Below, piece after piece: positions 18,723 to 28,657 of a DNA stretch of 64,000 nt (position 1 is the stretch's first letter; each line of letters begins with the position of its first letter). The notes beneath the pieces are model-generated. The model was not told the DNA's origin, made no database searches, and saw only the letters and a program-made list of their open reading frames with translations. Made by a program: the position numbers and the translations under genes. This DNA is from an uncultured Candidatus Entotheonella sp. (GTDB lineage Bacteria > Tectomicrobia > Entotheonellia > Entotheonellales > Entotheonellaceae): NCBI GenBank assembly GCA_965215335.1, contig CBDCDA010000001.1, positions 1,248,001 to 1,312,000 of the forward strand, written 5' to 3'.

Positions 18723-20360
18723 TCAGAGGGGATGAATCAGGCCGCGCAGGGCACCGTGACGCAGTTCGGCAAACAGGGCCGGGCATTCCTCGCGCACCCG
18801 TTCGAGGTCGCCTACCAAGCGTTGCCAATACGCCTGGTAGGCGTCATACAACGGCGGCAGTTCTGTCATCAGGCACGGGCGCAGTGCTTCGGGCTCAAGC
18901 GGTTCGACGAGGCGGCCCGCATAGGCGAGGTTCATGTTGAGGTACTCGTTCTCGTAGCGGTCCTGATGCTGCTCTCTGACGGCGTCGCCCCCCCCGTCCG
19001 GGCCGTAGGTGAAGAACGGTCCGGCCTCCTTGCCCATCACGGCAACCTGTCCGGTGGTGAAGCCGTAGTGGCGATACAGGCCGGAGCGCACGGAAGTGGC
19101 GTAGCTGTCCATCGCGCAGTAGGCACCGCCGAACGCCTTGTCGATAACCACCGAAATGCGCGGCACCATGAGGTTTGGATAGGTCATCAGCAGCCCGGCG
19201 CCCTTGGACAGGATTTGGCCCACCGATTCCGCCTGCGTGGCGATGAAACCCGGCACGTCCACCAGCGTGATGACAGGCAAGTGATAGGCATTCGCCAGCT
19301 TCAGGAGGCGCGTGACTTTGGAGGACGAGGCCGCCGTCATGGCCCCCCCCAGCACCTGCCGCTGATTGGCAATGACCACGACGGCGATGCCGGCGATGCG
19401 CGCCAGCCCGACGACCGCCGAGGTGGCGAATTTCTCGTGGTACTCGAACCACGAGTCGTCGTCGACCGCCGCTTCGATGAACGTGCGCACGTCCCAGGTG
19501 GCGTTGCGCTTGAGGCGGGCGTTGCGCCGCGCTTGCGTCACGATGGCCCGCAGGTCGATGGGCACGCCGCGCTTTTCCCGCGACGCGGCCCGCGGCGGCA
19601 GCGACCACATGCTCTGCGGCAGGTACGAGAACCACTTGCGCGCCAAGGCTGCCGCCGCCTCGTAGGTGGCGACCCGGTAGTGCGCCTCGCCGGATTGCTC
19701 GCTGTGCAGCTGCGCGCCGCCCATCTCGTCCGGCGTCACCTCCTCGCCGGTGGCGACGCGAATCACCTGCGGCCCGGTGACGGCCATCATGCTGCCGTCG
19801 ATCATGATGACGGTGTCGGTCATTACGGGTGCGTAGGCACCACCACCGGCGTTCAGTCCGGACAGGATGGACAGCATAGGAATACGGCCGGAGAGTTCGT
19901 TGATCTGGGTGAAAATTTTACGGAAGATGTCGAGCGAGGCCACACCGTCGTTGATGTCGGCGCCACCGGAATCCCAGTCAATCAGCAGCGGGCAGCGCCG
20001 CCGCTCGGCGAGTTGCATGTGCCGGATGAGCTTGTCGCCGGTGGAGATGGTGACCGAGCCGCCGGCAATGGCGGAGTTGAAGATGGCCACGGCAACGGGC
20101 CGGCTGTTCATGTCGCCGCAGCCGGTGAGCAAGCGGCGCTCGCCGTGCCGCGGATCGAGGTCGGGGCTGGGCGCGTGCTCTTCCGTGAACGTTCCGGCGT
20201 CGAACAGGCAGACGATTTTCTCCTGAACCGTCAGCTTACCCCGGGCATGCTGCCGCGCCGCGGCCTGAAAATCCGGTCGCGTCCACGCCTCATGCAGGCG
20301 CAACAGGCTGTGCGCCAAATCGGGGCCGGTTTGCTCGTCAATGGTCTGTGTCTCACGCAT
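18723..20360 (-). CDS. Acyl-CoA carboxylase carboxyltransferase subunit
   Basis: QHARGKLT, GGS, DSGGA, GGGAYAP.MTD, TGPQVI...TGE..MGGA, LVDVPGF, KAFGGAY. The predicted ORF extension to 20546 lies inside the MITE. Confidence 0.88.
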   Translation of the reverse strand: MRETQTIDEQTGPDLAHSLLRLHEAWTRPDFQAAARQHARGKLTVQEKIVCLFDAGTFTEEHAPSPDLDPRHGERRLLTGCGDMNSRPVAVAIFNSAIAGGSVTISTGDKLIRHMQLAERRRCPLLIDWDSGGADINDGVASLDIFRKIFTQINELSGRIPMLSILSGLNAGGGAYAPVMTDTVIMIDGSMMAVTGPQVIRVATGEEVTPDEMGGAQLHSEQSGEAHYRVATYEAAAALARKWFSYLPQSMWSLPPRAASREKRGVPIDLRAIVTQARRNARLKRNATWDVRTFIEAAVDDDSWFEYHEKFATSAVVGLARIAGIAVVVIANQRQVLGGAMTAASSSKVTRLLKLANAYHLPVITLVDVPGFIATQAESVGQILSKGAGLLMTYPNLMVPRISVVIDKAFGGAYCAMDSYATSVRSGLYRHYGFTTGQVAVMGKEAGPFFTYGPDGGGDAVREQHQDRYENEYLNMNLAYAGRLVEPLEPEALRPCLMTELPPLYDAYQAYWQRLVGDLERVREECPALFAELRHGALRGLIHPL

Positions 20361-20429
20361 CGTTTCGCCTGTCTCCATCCACGTGTCGCCGTTTCGCAAC
20401 TTCCCATAGTATATACTGGGCATCTCTAA

Positions 20430-20579
20430 GAGTCTGTTCCTAAAAGCCGGCGACATTCCAAAAGTAGGCGGGATTCTCACCGATTCCAGGGCGTTTGACA
20501 CAAAAAAGCGCCCTGGAAAGGGCGAATGTTTATCCGATGCCGGCAAAAAAAGAGCTAATCGGACTTATGGAACAGGCTC
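20430..20579. mobile_element. ~150-bp MITE, copy 2
   Basis: TIRs GAGTCTGTTCC / GGAACAGGCTC, flanked by TAA on both sides (3-bp TSD); inverted copy of 3688-3836. Confidence 0.88.
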
Positions 20580-20658
20580 TAATAATACGCATCTGTCGCT
20601 TGGTTCAGAATCACTGCAACACATTACCACGTGATACCGAAGGCGGGAAGAATCGAAC

Positions 20659-21043
20659 ATGGCTCAGATGGGTTTTAAGGAGAAAGCCAGCAACAGGAGT
20701 CGTTCACGGTTTCGGGTACGGGTAGAGCAGGTCTTCGGGGCGCAGTGTAACGACATGGGCGGGACGTTGGTTCGCAGCGTCGGGCTTGTCCGGGCAACGG
20801 CGCGGCCAGGTCTCGAGAACCTGGCCTGCAACATGCGACGGCTGGTTCAATTACACCATCTTGGGATGGCCGGCCAAGTACAACCGGGTGTGAGGTGGTG
20901 TCGACTGCGGTCTTTGACAGGCACCTTCCCGTTGCCGAGCGGTGAAATCCCCCTGGAAGTCGAGTTCATGTTCATACCGAAACGGTGTGCATTGCCGACC
21001 CTGGCATCTTTGACCATCCCATGAGGCATTTTTCGAGGTGCCC
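20659..21043 (+). mobile_element. IS5-family (IS5 subgroup) transposase C-terminal remnant
   Basis: NRSRSRFRVRVEQVFGAQCNDMGGTLVRSVGLVRA....LENLACNMRRLVQL; probable end TTTTCGAGGTGCCC. Confidence 0.75.
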
Positions 21044-21197
21044 ATACTGCAAGACGGCGCCCATGATTGTGGGAATGTCTGCGCTGGCATATGGTCTGTT
21101 TCAGTTAGCGTTATCAAAACCCAGTGCGTAATCCCCGTATGGAATGAAGACATTTACCCCTACCCCAATGCCAGTTGGGGGACCCTTTAACCACGAC

Positions 21198-21335
21198 TCC
21201 CCGGCCCTGTGGCTACCGCGCCGGCTTTCGACCCTACCGATGAGCGGTGACTGGAAACGGGGTTATGGCGGGGTGAGGTGCCGGCATTGCGAAAGTCGCC
21301 AGCAACAGCTACTCTCATCCGCCTACTGCTACCGC
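21198..21335 (+). other. Possible group II intron 3'-end (domain VI) remnants
   Basis: ACCGCGCCGGCTTTCGACCCTAC (resembles an intron 3' terminus) followed by GATGAGCGGTGACTGGAAACGG...GCGAAAG...AACAGCTACTC...CCTACTGCTACCGC (resembles a DVI body). No DV or RT seen. Confidence 0.5.
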
Positions 21336-21337
21336 TG

Positions 21338-21763
21338 TCAGCGCCGGCTCTCTGCCCCCCGCAAAGGACTCCTTACTGGGGTTACTTCGGCAGAGACCCT
21401 GATCTGATCGGCCACTTCGGCGTACAAGTCTACGTTGCTTTCGGGTGCCCTGATACTGACGATCAACGCATACCGCGCGGCTTGGTCGTATCGTTCAAGC
21501 ACGGTGCGTGTCTTCCACCAGCCCAACGAGGGATAGACTGCGATATACCCCCGGCTTGCCAGCGCGGCAGCGCCGCCTCGCCAAATATCTCCATGCAACG
21601 AGCCCCTGTGGCGCCCTTGTTTTCCGATCAGCCACAGAGGATCATCACCACTCCGGCGATCCTCCCCTTCTTCATCCCGTGCGGCTGAGTTGATCCGGTT
21701 CCGAAAGTCGTCGACAGATTCGAGTGGCCGTTTGACGTCGAAACGGAGACCGTGAGATTCGTA
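21338..21763 (-). pseudogene. S8 (subtilisin-like) peptidase C-terminal remnant, IetS type
   Basis: YESHGLRFDVKRPLES..DFRNRIN...RHRGSLHGDIWRG.AA.LASRG.IAVYP..GWWK...RYALIVSI....VDLY. Confidence 0.75.
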
Positions 21764-21790
21764 GTCCTGCCAGAGTTGTACAAAGTCGAG

Positions 21791-22786
21791 TCAAGATGAT
21801 CTGCAAGATTCATCGCGTTCTTGGGTGGAGGGTCTGGCTGCGTGAACCTGATCAAACACCGTATGAAGCTGCGTGGCGAAGCCCCGGTTCAACGCCTCAA
21901 ACCGTTCCCGCGCTTTGATGCCGAGCGACTGCGCAGCGTCTGGCGACTCCGCCACCAACCGCGCGACGACGGTCTCCAGAGCGTGATTGTCGACGAAGAA
22001 TTTGCGCCCGAGATGACGCGGCTCGGACCGACTGGCTTGCACGAGCACACCACAGTCGGCCGAAACGTGCTCGTTCATAGGCGGGGCGTCGGTCGTCACC
22101 ACCACCACTCCACAGGACATGGCCTCCACGACATGGTGGCCCCAGCCTTCCGAGCGCGACGGGCAAAGATGGACGCCGCACGCATTTTGCAAATGCTTCA
22201 ACTCGTCGTCGTCGAGATAGCCGCAACGGAGCGTGACGTTGGGCGGCGCGGGGTCGGGAGTACTGGCCTGTTTCTGCACGACAACGAGCTCGGGCCATTC
22301 GGGGTGCGCCCCCCACAGCGTCAGAACGTCTTCGGTTCCCTTGAGCGTGCTACCGCCGGCGAGGTGGAAAAAACGATTCCAGTCTCTGGGCACGGAGGGA
22401 TCGTAACGGTCCAGCGAGGTAAAGCCGAGACAGATGCTATCCACCCCGAGGCCGGCAAATATCTCCCTTGCGTGTCGCGTCTTTGCCAGGACATGGTCGA
22501 CCCGTCGGAGCCTCCCGAGGTGGCGTCTTGGAAAGCGCTCCTGGTTGGGAACCAAGACGTGACGACGGCTCGCCGCCCCCAACCAGGCTGGGTGAATACG
22601 CTCAAGATGGACGACCAGATCAGCTACTTTTCGCCGTCGCAGGCGGTCCATCAATGACCGCCTGCGTTTGTCGAACAGCGTGGCTTGAACCCCGATGGAT
22701 TCAAACCCTTGGCGCAGGATTTCGGCGTCCCGGGTCAAGCCGTATTGGTTGTTGCGGCCAACGATGGCGACGTCATGGACCGTCAT
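21791..22786 (-). CDS. GT-B glycosyltransferase (family 4-like)
   Basis: HLCPSRSEGWGHHVVEAMSCG.VVVTTDAPPMNE; GGAG SD before ATG 22786. Confidence 0.85.
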   Translation of the reverse strand: MTVHDVAIVGRNNQYGLTRDAEILRQGFESIGVQATLFDKRRRSLMDRLRRRKVADLVVHLERIHPAWLGAASRRHVLVPNQERFPRRHLGRLRRVDHVLAKTRHAREIFAGLGVDSICLGFTSLDRYDPSVPRDWNRFFHLAGGSTLKGTEDVLTLWGAHPEWPELVVVQKQASTPDPAPPNVTLRCGYLDDDELKHLQNACGVHLCPSRSEGWGHHVVEAMSCGVVVVTTDAPPMNEHVSADCGVLVQASRSEPRHLGRKFFVDNHALETVVARLVAESPDAAQSLGIKARERFEALNRGFATQLHTVFDQVHAARPSTQERDESCRSS

Positions 22787-22864
22787 GGTTCCTCCGCCAC
22801 AGACTATCATCTCCGGTTGGAACAGTGGCTGATGTTCTCGCATCAGGCTCCAAACGCACCCGAA

Positions 22865-23096
22865 TTTCATGCGGCGTCAGCTGATCGGTGCGCGACTCAG
22901 GAGAGAGCAAGAGAGGCTTCAAGTCCGGAAGTCCGGTTTCGCCATGCTCTCCAACCGGCGCCACTGCTCGATAGGAATCGGCACTGCGGTCTCAACACCT
23001 CGCCTAGTAACGATTTGCGGTCCTTTCGGCAAGACTGGTCTCAAGCAACTCGCTGAAACGCGCCTTGGCATCTTGCACTTGCCATGCGTTGCCCAT
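22865..23096 (-). pseudogene. Phd/YefM-family antitoxin, frameshifted, with no toxin partner
   Basis: MGNAWQVQDAKARFSELLETSLAE / GPQIVTRRGVETAV..PIEQWRRL / LKPLLL. Confidence 0.8.
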
Positions 23097-23135
23097 ATAA
23101 CCCCCTGTTTAACTGAAGTCCATGCTGTCACGGTC

Positions 23136-24020
23136 CTACCGCTTCTTCCAGCGACGATGCAGCCAGAACCAGTGGTCGGGATACGCTCGCACGTATGACT
23201 CGATGAGTTGGTTAAAGCGCCGCGTATTGTCTGCAATGTCTTGTTGCAGGTCGCCGCTGCGCTGGATCGGGATTTCCTCGCTGAATACCAGCCGGTGTTT
23301 TCCGAGACCCTGCCGTACCAGGAATGCGCCGATGACCGGGCACCCGGCGCGCAGGGCCATCAGCGCCGGGCCGATAGACGTGTAAGCCTCGGCGCCGAAG
23401 AACGGCACCGGGATACCCTCATGCCGCAGGCTGCTTTGATCCATGAGCAGGGCGACGATTTCGCCACGCCGCAGCGCCTTGAGGCTGGCGGGCAGGGCCC
23501 GGCTCTTCGGAATGACGTTGCAGCCGCTGTAGCGCCGGTAGGCGTCAACCAGGCGATGCAGGGCGGGATTGTCCAGAGGTCTGGCAATCACGTGCATGCG
23601 GGGCTCGAGACACAGGGCAAGAGCCGCTGCCAACTCCCAACTCCCAAAGTGGGCCGACAGGATGAGCAATCCGGCCCGGCGCGCCAGGAGTCGTTCAACA
23701 CGCTCAAGGTCCTCGACCGTGAACGCCGATAGATGCGTCTCCGGCGTCAACCAGCGTAGGCGGCTGAAATCGATCAGATGCTCTCCGAGATTGCGGAACG
23801 TGGCGCGAGCGATGGCGCGGCACTCGGCGGCCGATTTCTCGCCTCCGAAGGCGGTCGCGAGGTTGTCCAGCGCGACCCGCCGGCGCCGGGCGAGGCACCG
23901 GTACGCCAAGTCGCCGAAGCGCGCCCCCATCCAGTAGGCCGGACGCCTCGGCAGACGCGCCAGAATGGCCGCCAGCGCCTCGAGCAGGCCGGCGGCAACA
24001 GATTCAGCAAGGCGCCGCAT
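23136..24020 (-). CDS. lpxL: Lipid A acyltransferase (LpxL/HtrB family)
   Basis: AHFGSWE, RPLDNP, LMDQ, VPFFG, YPDHWFWLHRRWK. Confidence 0.85.
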   Translation of the reverse strand: MRRLAESVAAGLLEALAAILARLPRRPAYWMGARFGDLAYRCLARRRRVALDNLATAFGGEKSAAECRAIARATFRNLGEHLIDFSRLRWLTPETHLSAFTVEDLERVERLLARRAGLLILSAHFGSWELAAALALCLEPRMHVIARPLDNPALHRLVDAYRRYSGCNVIPKSRALPASLKALRRGEIVALLMDQSSLRHEGIPVPFFGAEAYTSIGPALMALRAGCPVIGAFLVRQGLGKHRLVFSEEIPIQRSGDLQQDIADNTRRFNQLIESYVRAYPDHWFWLHRRWKKR

Positions 24021-25137
24021 GGTGCATGAGCGCGTCCAGATGGGTCGTCAACGGCGGATCGTGTGAAGCAATGTCGACGTTGATGCGCAGCGTGTAAAGC
24101 GGCAGCGGCAGCGGCCAGGACGCATCGCGGCGAACGGCGTCTTTCTCCGTGGTAACCAAGGCTTCCGCTCCTTCGCGGCGAGCAGTATCGCAAACGGCCT
24201 GCCAGTCCGCCGGGGTGTAGGGATGATGATCCGGGAAGGCCAGAAACGCCGCCACGTGCGCCCGGCACTGCGCGAGGCTGGCAACGAAGGCCCGCGGGTT
24301 GCCGAGACCCGCAAACGCTACCACGCGGCGCTGCTGAAGCCACGACGGGGCCACTGAACAACCCGTGTCATGGCGATACAGGCTGTCGGCATTGACGGAC
24401 ATGCGGTAGATCGGTTGCCGGCCGGCGTAACGTCTGATTTGCTCACAAAGCCCCGACACCGCATCCCCGGCTGTTTCCATCCGGCTCAACACAATGACCT
24501 GCGCCCGCCGTAACGCGTGCAGCGGCTCGCGGAGCGTGCCGCGCGGCAACAGGGTACCGTGGCCGAACGGATTGCTGGCGTCGATCAACACGATATCGCA
24601 ATCACGGTGCAAGGCGTGATGCTGGAACCCGTCATCCAGCACCAGCACCTGCGCGTCGAATCGTTCACAGGCATAAACGCCGCTCGCATACCGGTTGCGC
24701 CCGACAAGCACCGGAACCCCCGGTAAATGTCTAGCCAGGAGAAAGGCTTCGTCACCCGCCGTGCGCCAATCCGTAACGGGTCCGTCGCCCGCCGACACGA
24801 CCTGCGGCTGCTCGGTTGACGCGCCGCCGTATCCCCGGCTCAGCACTGCCACACGCCAACCTTGACGCCGGTACCATTGTGCCGTCCACTCGGTGAGCGG
24901 TGTCTTCCCGGTACCGCCGAGGGTGAGATTGCCGATGCTGACCACTGGGCACGGCAGCCGGCACCGCCGGCGCATGCCCGACGCGTAGCCCGTCCGATGC
25001 ACGCTCGCTGCAACCCGGTAGCCCTGAGAAGCCAGCCACAGCGGCGACAGGCCCGCGCGCACCCAGAACGGCGCCGGAAGCCCCTGCATGCCGTCATACA
25101 CGGCACGGCGCCAGCCGCCGCGGTTCATGTCGATCAT
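24004..25137 (-). CDS. lpxK: Tetraacyldisaccharide 4'-kinase
   Basis: VVSIGNLTLGGTGKTP, LSRGYGG, GDE, LDDGFQH, LLPRG.LREP, FPDHH, TTEKD. ATG overlaps the globin stop (ATGA). Confidence 0.95.
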   Translation of the reverse strand: MIDMNRGGWRRAVYDGMQGLPAPFWVRAGLSPLWLASQGYRVAASVHRTGYASGMRRRCRLPCPVVSIGNLTLGGTGKTPLTEWTAQWYRRQGWRVAVLSRGYGGASTEQPQVVSAGDGPVTDWRTAGDEAFLLARHLPGVPVLVGRNRYASGVYACERFDAQVLVLDDGFQHHALHRDCDIVLIDASNPFGHGTLLPRGTLREPLHALRRAQVIVLSRMETAGDAVSGLCEQIRRYAGRQPIYRMSVNADSLYRHDTGCSVAPSWLQQRRVVAFAGLGNPRAFVASLAQCRAHVAAFLAFPDHHPYTPADWQAVCDTARREGAEALVTTEKDAVRRDASWPLPLPLYTLRINVDIASHDPPLTTHLDALMHHAAPC

Positions 25138-25697
25138 TCGCATGCCCGACCCTGCCTGGCTGGCTGCGGCAGGAAATAACCAAGCAACAGGACGTTCAGA
25201 TGGACCAGCAACAGCTTGTTCCACGCCACCGTCGCGTCCAGGGCGGCGGGTGCATCCAAGGCTTCCCGGAACAGCCCGGCAAAGACCGTCTGCGCCAAGC
25301 TCATGGCGCCCACCATGAACTGCGGCGGCACCTTGCCGCCAGGGCCGTGCTGCCGGTGGCTGTGCGACAGGCTGACGGCCAGCAGGTAATAGACAAAATC
25401 ATGCGTCATCGCCACCTCGGCGGTCTCGCGCAGCCAGCGCGCCAGGCTGTGCTTGCGCCGTTCAAGGCGCTGGGCGTCCGGGCTGCCATCCTCCTCAAGG
25501 AAGAAGCGCGCGGTTGACGGAAATTTCAGGAAATGACCGTACAGAGCATCGGTGACCGCGCGCTCGTGCTGCAACACAATCGGGGCCGTGTGGCGAATGA
25601 GCGCCACGTCGTCGTCGGTGAGTCCGACGAACGTCACCAATTCGCGCACGAAGCCTTGCATGTCGGCGCCCGGATGATCGCACTGTGGGTTACCCAC
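25134..25697 (-). CDS. Protoglobin / globin-sensor single-domain protein
   Basis: FVGLTDDD..LI, ALY.HFL.FP.TARFF, HSH, FM.GAMS, AWNKLL..HL; GGGAGG SD before GTG. Confidence 0.8.
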   Translation of the reverse strand: MGNPQCDHPGADMQGFVRELVTFVGLTDDDVALIRHTAPIVLQHERAVTDALYGHFLKFPSTARFFLEEDGSPDAQRLERRKHSLARWLRETAEVAMTHDFVYYLLAVSLSHSHRQHGPGGKVPPQFMVGAMSLAQTVFAGLFREALDAPAALDATVAWNKLLLVHLNVLLLGYFLPQPARQGRACE

Positions 25698-25740
25698 GAG
25701 CCCCCTCCCTGCTCAGGACCTGCATCTCGACCATCAAGAC

Positions 25741-26775
25741 CTATGCAGGCACGGGCACGGTCTGTCCGGTGGCCGCGCTTTTATGCACCGCGGCGGTGAA
25801 TTCCATGTACTCCACGCCGGTAGCAAAGTCCGTCAGGACGATCTCTTCCTGCCCGCGAATGGCGCCGATAAATTCCTCTTCCACGCGCCAACTGCCCGCC
25901 TTCTCCGGGGCGATATCGATTTCCTGCAGGGCCGGGTCGTTTTTCCGGCCGCCGAACAGCTTGTTGCTCGTCTGGTCGTAGTGCAGGGTGCCGGCGCTGC
26001 CGAAGAGCCAGGCGCCGGGTGCCGGAGCTAGGCCGCACACCGAGCTGAATTCAAAGGTGGCCTGACCACCGCGCGCCAGATCGGCGATGATGTTGACGTG
26101 ATCCGGGACGTCGACCTGAAAGGGTGTGTTGCTCTCCGGGTCGTGGCGTTGCGGCACGACGATTCTGGACCGCGCGAAGACGTTTGCGGCGGGTCCCACC
26201 CAGCGGATGACGGCCTCGTACCAGATGCCCATGTTGAGGATATTGAGACCGCTGCGGTCCTGCCGCTGCCGCCAGGTGAGTGGCGCTTCTGGATTGACGA
26301 AGCCCGGCACGGTGCCGCGCACTGTCATGGCATACAGATCGCCCAGATAGCCGTCGGCCAGCAAGTCCTGGATAGTGCGGTCGACGCGCAAGGTAAACGG
26401 TGAGGGCACGATCTGTGCCACCAGGTCCGGGTACGCCTGCGCGGTGGCGAGCATGGCGCGGGCCTCCTCCGGGTTCTTCGCCATGCGCGCTTCGCACATG
26501 ACGTGCTTGCCCGCTTCCAGCGCGGCGCAGGTCATCTCGCAGTGCATGTACGGCCACGTGCCGATCGCCACCGCGTCGATATCATCGGCGGCAATCAGTT
26601 CCCGCCAGTCGTCGTATGCCTGCGGGATCGCCAAGGCCTCCGCCGCACGTTGCGAGGACGCACGGCTGCGGTTGCAGACGCTGACCACCTCGACGCCATC
26701 AATGGCCCGCAACCCTGGAATATGCCGCACACGGGTGTTGTTGCCTGCACCGATCACGCCGATACGAATCGCCAT
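25741..26775 (-). CDS. Gfo/Idh/MocA oxidoreductase
   Basis: IGVIGAG, DIDAV.IGTWP..H, ALEAGKHVMCE. Confidence 0.9.
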   Translation of the reverse strand: MAIRIGVIGAGNNTRVRHIPGLRAIDGVEVVSVCNRSRASSQRAAEALAIPQAYDDWRELIAADDIDAVAIGTWPYMHCEMTCAALEAGKHVMCEARMAKNPEEARAMLATAQAYPDLVAQIVPSPFTLRVDRTIQDLLADGYLGDLYAMTVRGTVPGFVNPEAPLTWRQRQDRSGLNILNMGIWYEAVIRWVGPAANVFARSRIVVPQRHDPESNTPFQVDVPDHVNIIADLARGGQATFEFSSVCGLAPAPGAWLFGSAGTLHYDQTSNKLFGGRKNDPALQEIDIAPEKAGSWRVEEEFIGAIRGQEEIVLTDFATGVEYMEFTAAVHKSAATGQTVPVPA

Positions 26776-26850
26776 AAGGATGCTGCTCCCTGGTGAGTTT
26801 TGAATGCTACCGCACGGATGCGGAGGGGATGATCTCGCGCCAGCCAACCG

Positions 26851-27759
26851 TCAACCCGGAAAGCCGGTTGGCGCCACGTCTGCGTCATACGCGCCTTCAC
26901 GTTCGAAGACGAGGACCGGTTGCCGACCTTCCTCGAAGACGGCATCGGCCAGATAAGAGACGGCCATTGCCCCGACGTTCATTCTCGCAGCGAGTTTCTT
27001 CAGGTCCATCCACCTCAGGACGTCAATGGTGATGGGCCGCTTGGCATCGAAGAAAGCCAATGACCGGATAAACGTCTTGGCGATGCCGGAATTTGACATC
27101 CAACAGAAAAAGGCCGCCTCTTCCTGAGTCTCGCAAGGAATGAAATAGCAGGTGTCATCCAACACGACCGGTGTGCCGTCCACGCTGTCGATCACTCTGA
27201 ACACAGGGTTTTTGTACAGTCCGGAAATCACAACTTTCCACGGTGAGAACGTATACGGCCCGACACCAAGCACGGCGAAGCGAGGGCGCCTAACGTATAT
27301 CGTATATACTATACTGCTCCGACGTCTATCAAGGGCCTCACCGTATGCAAGCAGATAGCGCCACGTTCTGGGAGCGTTCAGACCGATGCCGGACGTGTCA
27401 TCCGTCACCTGTCGTTGCGTCAGCAGGACATATTTCGACGGCTGCCGCCGGTCGTTGGCCAGAGCCGAGGACTTCAGGAGCGGAAACAGGTGGGTTGACT
27501 CCAGGCAGTGCCGTGTGCCAAAGCCATTCACCCAGGCATTTCCGTCAGGCTTGAACTCCATGACCTTGGCCGCATCGTGTTTGACGCCCGACCGCCACTT
27601 ACGATACTCGGTCCCCGCGATGTCCCCGACAGTCCTGAAAACCTCAACACCGGCTATCAACTCGCCGCGATAGATGCCAACCGTAGCAACCGGGGTCGTA
27701 AAACCGAAGTCGGTGTAGACACGCGCGGCTTGTCCCTGCCTTCCCCTTCCGGTATGCAT
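26851..27759 (-). pseudogene. 5'-truncated DNA methyltransferase (C-terminal target-recognition half)
   Basis: WRSGVKHDAAKVME, FPLLKSS, APRTWRYL, RRSSI, GVGPYTFSPWKV.ISGLYK, LDDTCYF. No SAM-binding or catalytic motifs remain. Confidence 0.65.
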
Positions 27760-27965
27760 GACAAACCTGTCGTCGTTTGGAAGTCCGCCGTGTTTGAACT
27801 TTCAATGAAAAACGCATGTCTGATGTTCAGGTTTCCGGTTCTGGTCCGGTCATGATCCGTTTTCTCATAGACGAAAGACCAAAAGAGCATAACCAAGCCC
27901 GTAGACCTTCTGCCTGGCGGCTTTGAAGGGACAAGATGACTGCGGCTGTCTGATACTGGTGACCC

Positions 27966-27980
27966 CTGTACACGACAAAA
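27966..27980. mobile_element. Orphan IS4-like terminal repeat
   Basis: CTGTACACGACAAAA, identical to 56470 and similar to the reverse complement at 56150-56165. Confidence 0.55.
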
Positions 27981-28039
27981 AACGATAACTAGTTGAAAGA
28001 CAAGGTGTAACCTCCTATGGTGGAAGGGCTGCCAAGCCT

Positions 28040-28588
28040 CACCACTCATGCAGGAGATTACACCGTGAAGCACTCTACCATGCTCGCTGACCTGTTCCAA
28101 TCCATCTTTGGCTTGCACCGCGCCCGTATCACCTGTCTGGCGACTCTCATCTACAGCAAACGTAAATTCCTTGACGGACTCCGCGCCCTGGGGCTGCATC
28201 AGATTGGCAAGCTGCGCCGCGGCGCCAATCTGCGCTATCTCTACCAGGGACCGGGTCGCCCAGGACCTGGGCGACCCAAGACCCATGACGGCAAGGTTCA
28301 TTGGGACGACCTGTCACGCTTTGAGCGTGTGCTGCATGTTCACTTCAATGCGAGCCTGAGTGCTCTGATCTCGGGCAAACTGGCAGCTCGGCAGCAAGGC
28401 GGCGCTAGCCAGGCAGGATTTTCCATGGCGAGTGTCAAACGGCGCGCCTTCAACCAACACCTGCTTGAGCGAATTTCTCGGTATTTGCCCCAGGGGCATA
28501 GCCTGGAAGAATCCAGCCTCGATCACCAAGACCTTTGCAACTATGGCACGATCACTGACAGGGTGGCCTAAATTCTGTCCGAGTATTG
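28040..28588 (+). mobile_element. Internally deleted DDE transposase remnant (IS4/IS701-like)
   Basis: LHQIGKLRRGANLRYLYQG...GRPKT.DGKV fused to LHVHFNASLSAL...FSMASVKRRAFN. A sister fragment lies at 58610-58842. Confidence 0.7.
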
Positions 28589-28657
28589 CTCAATGGACAC
28601 AGAGTAAATACGATTGACCCGTGTAAGCAGGTTCGAGCAAATAGGACGGAATGGCAA

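Noticed and set aside
20361..20546. N-terminal extension of the carboxyltransferase ORF
   Set aside because: It translates the MITE; the same peptide appears at the end of spurious ORF 3093-3839.
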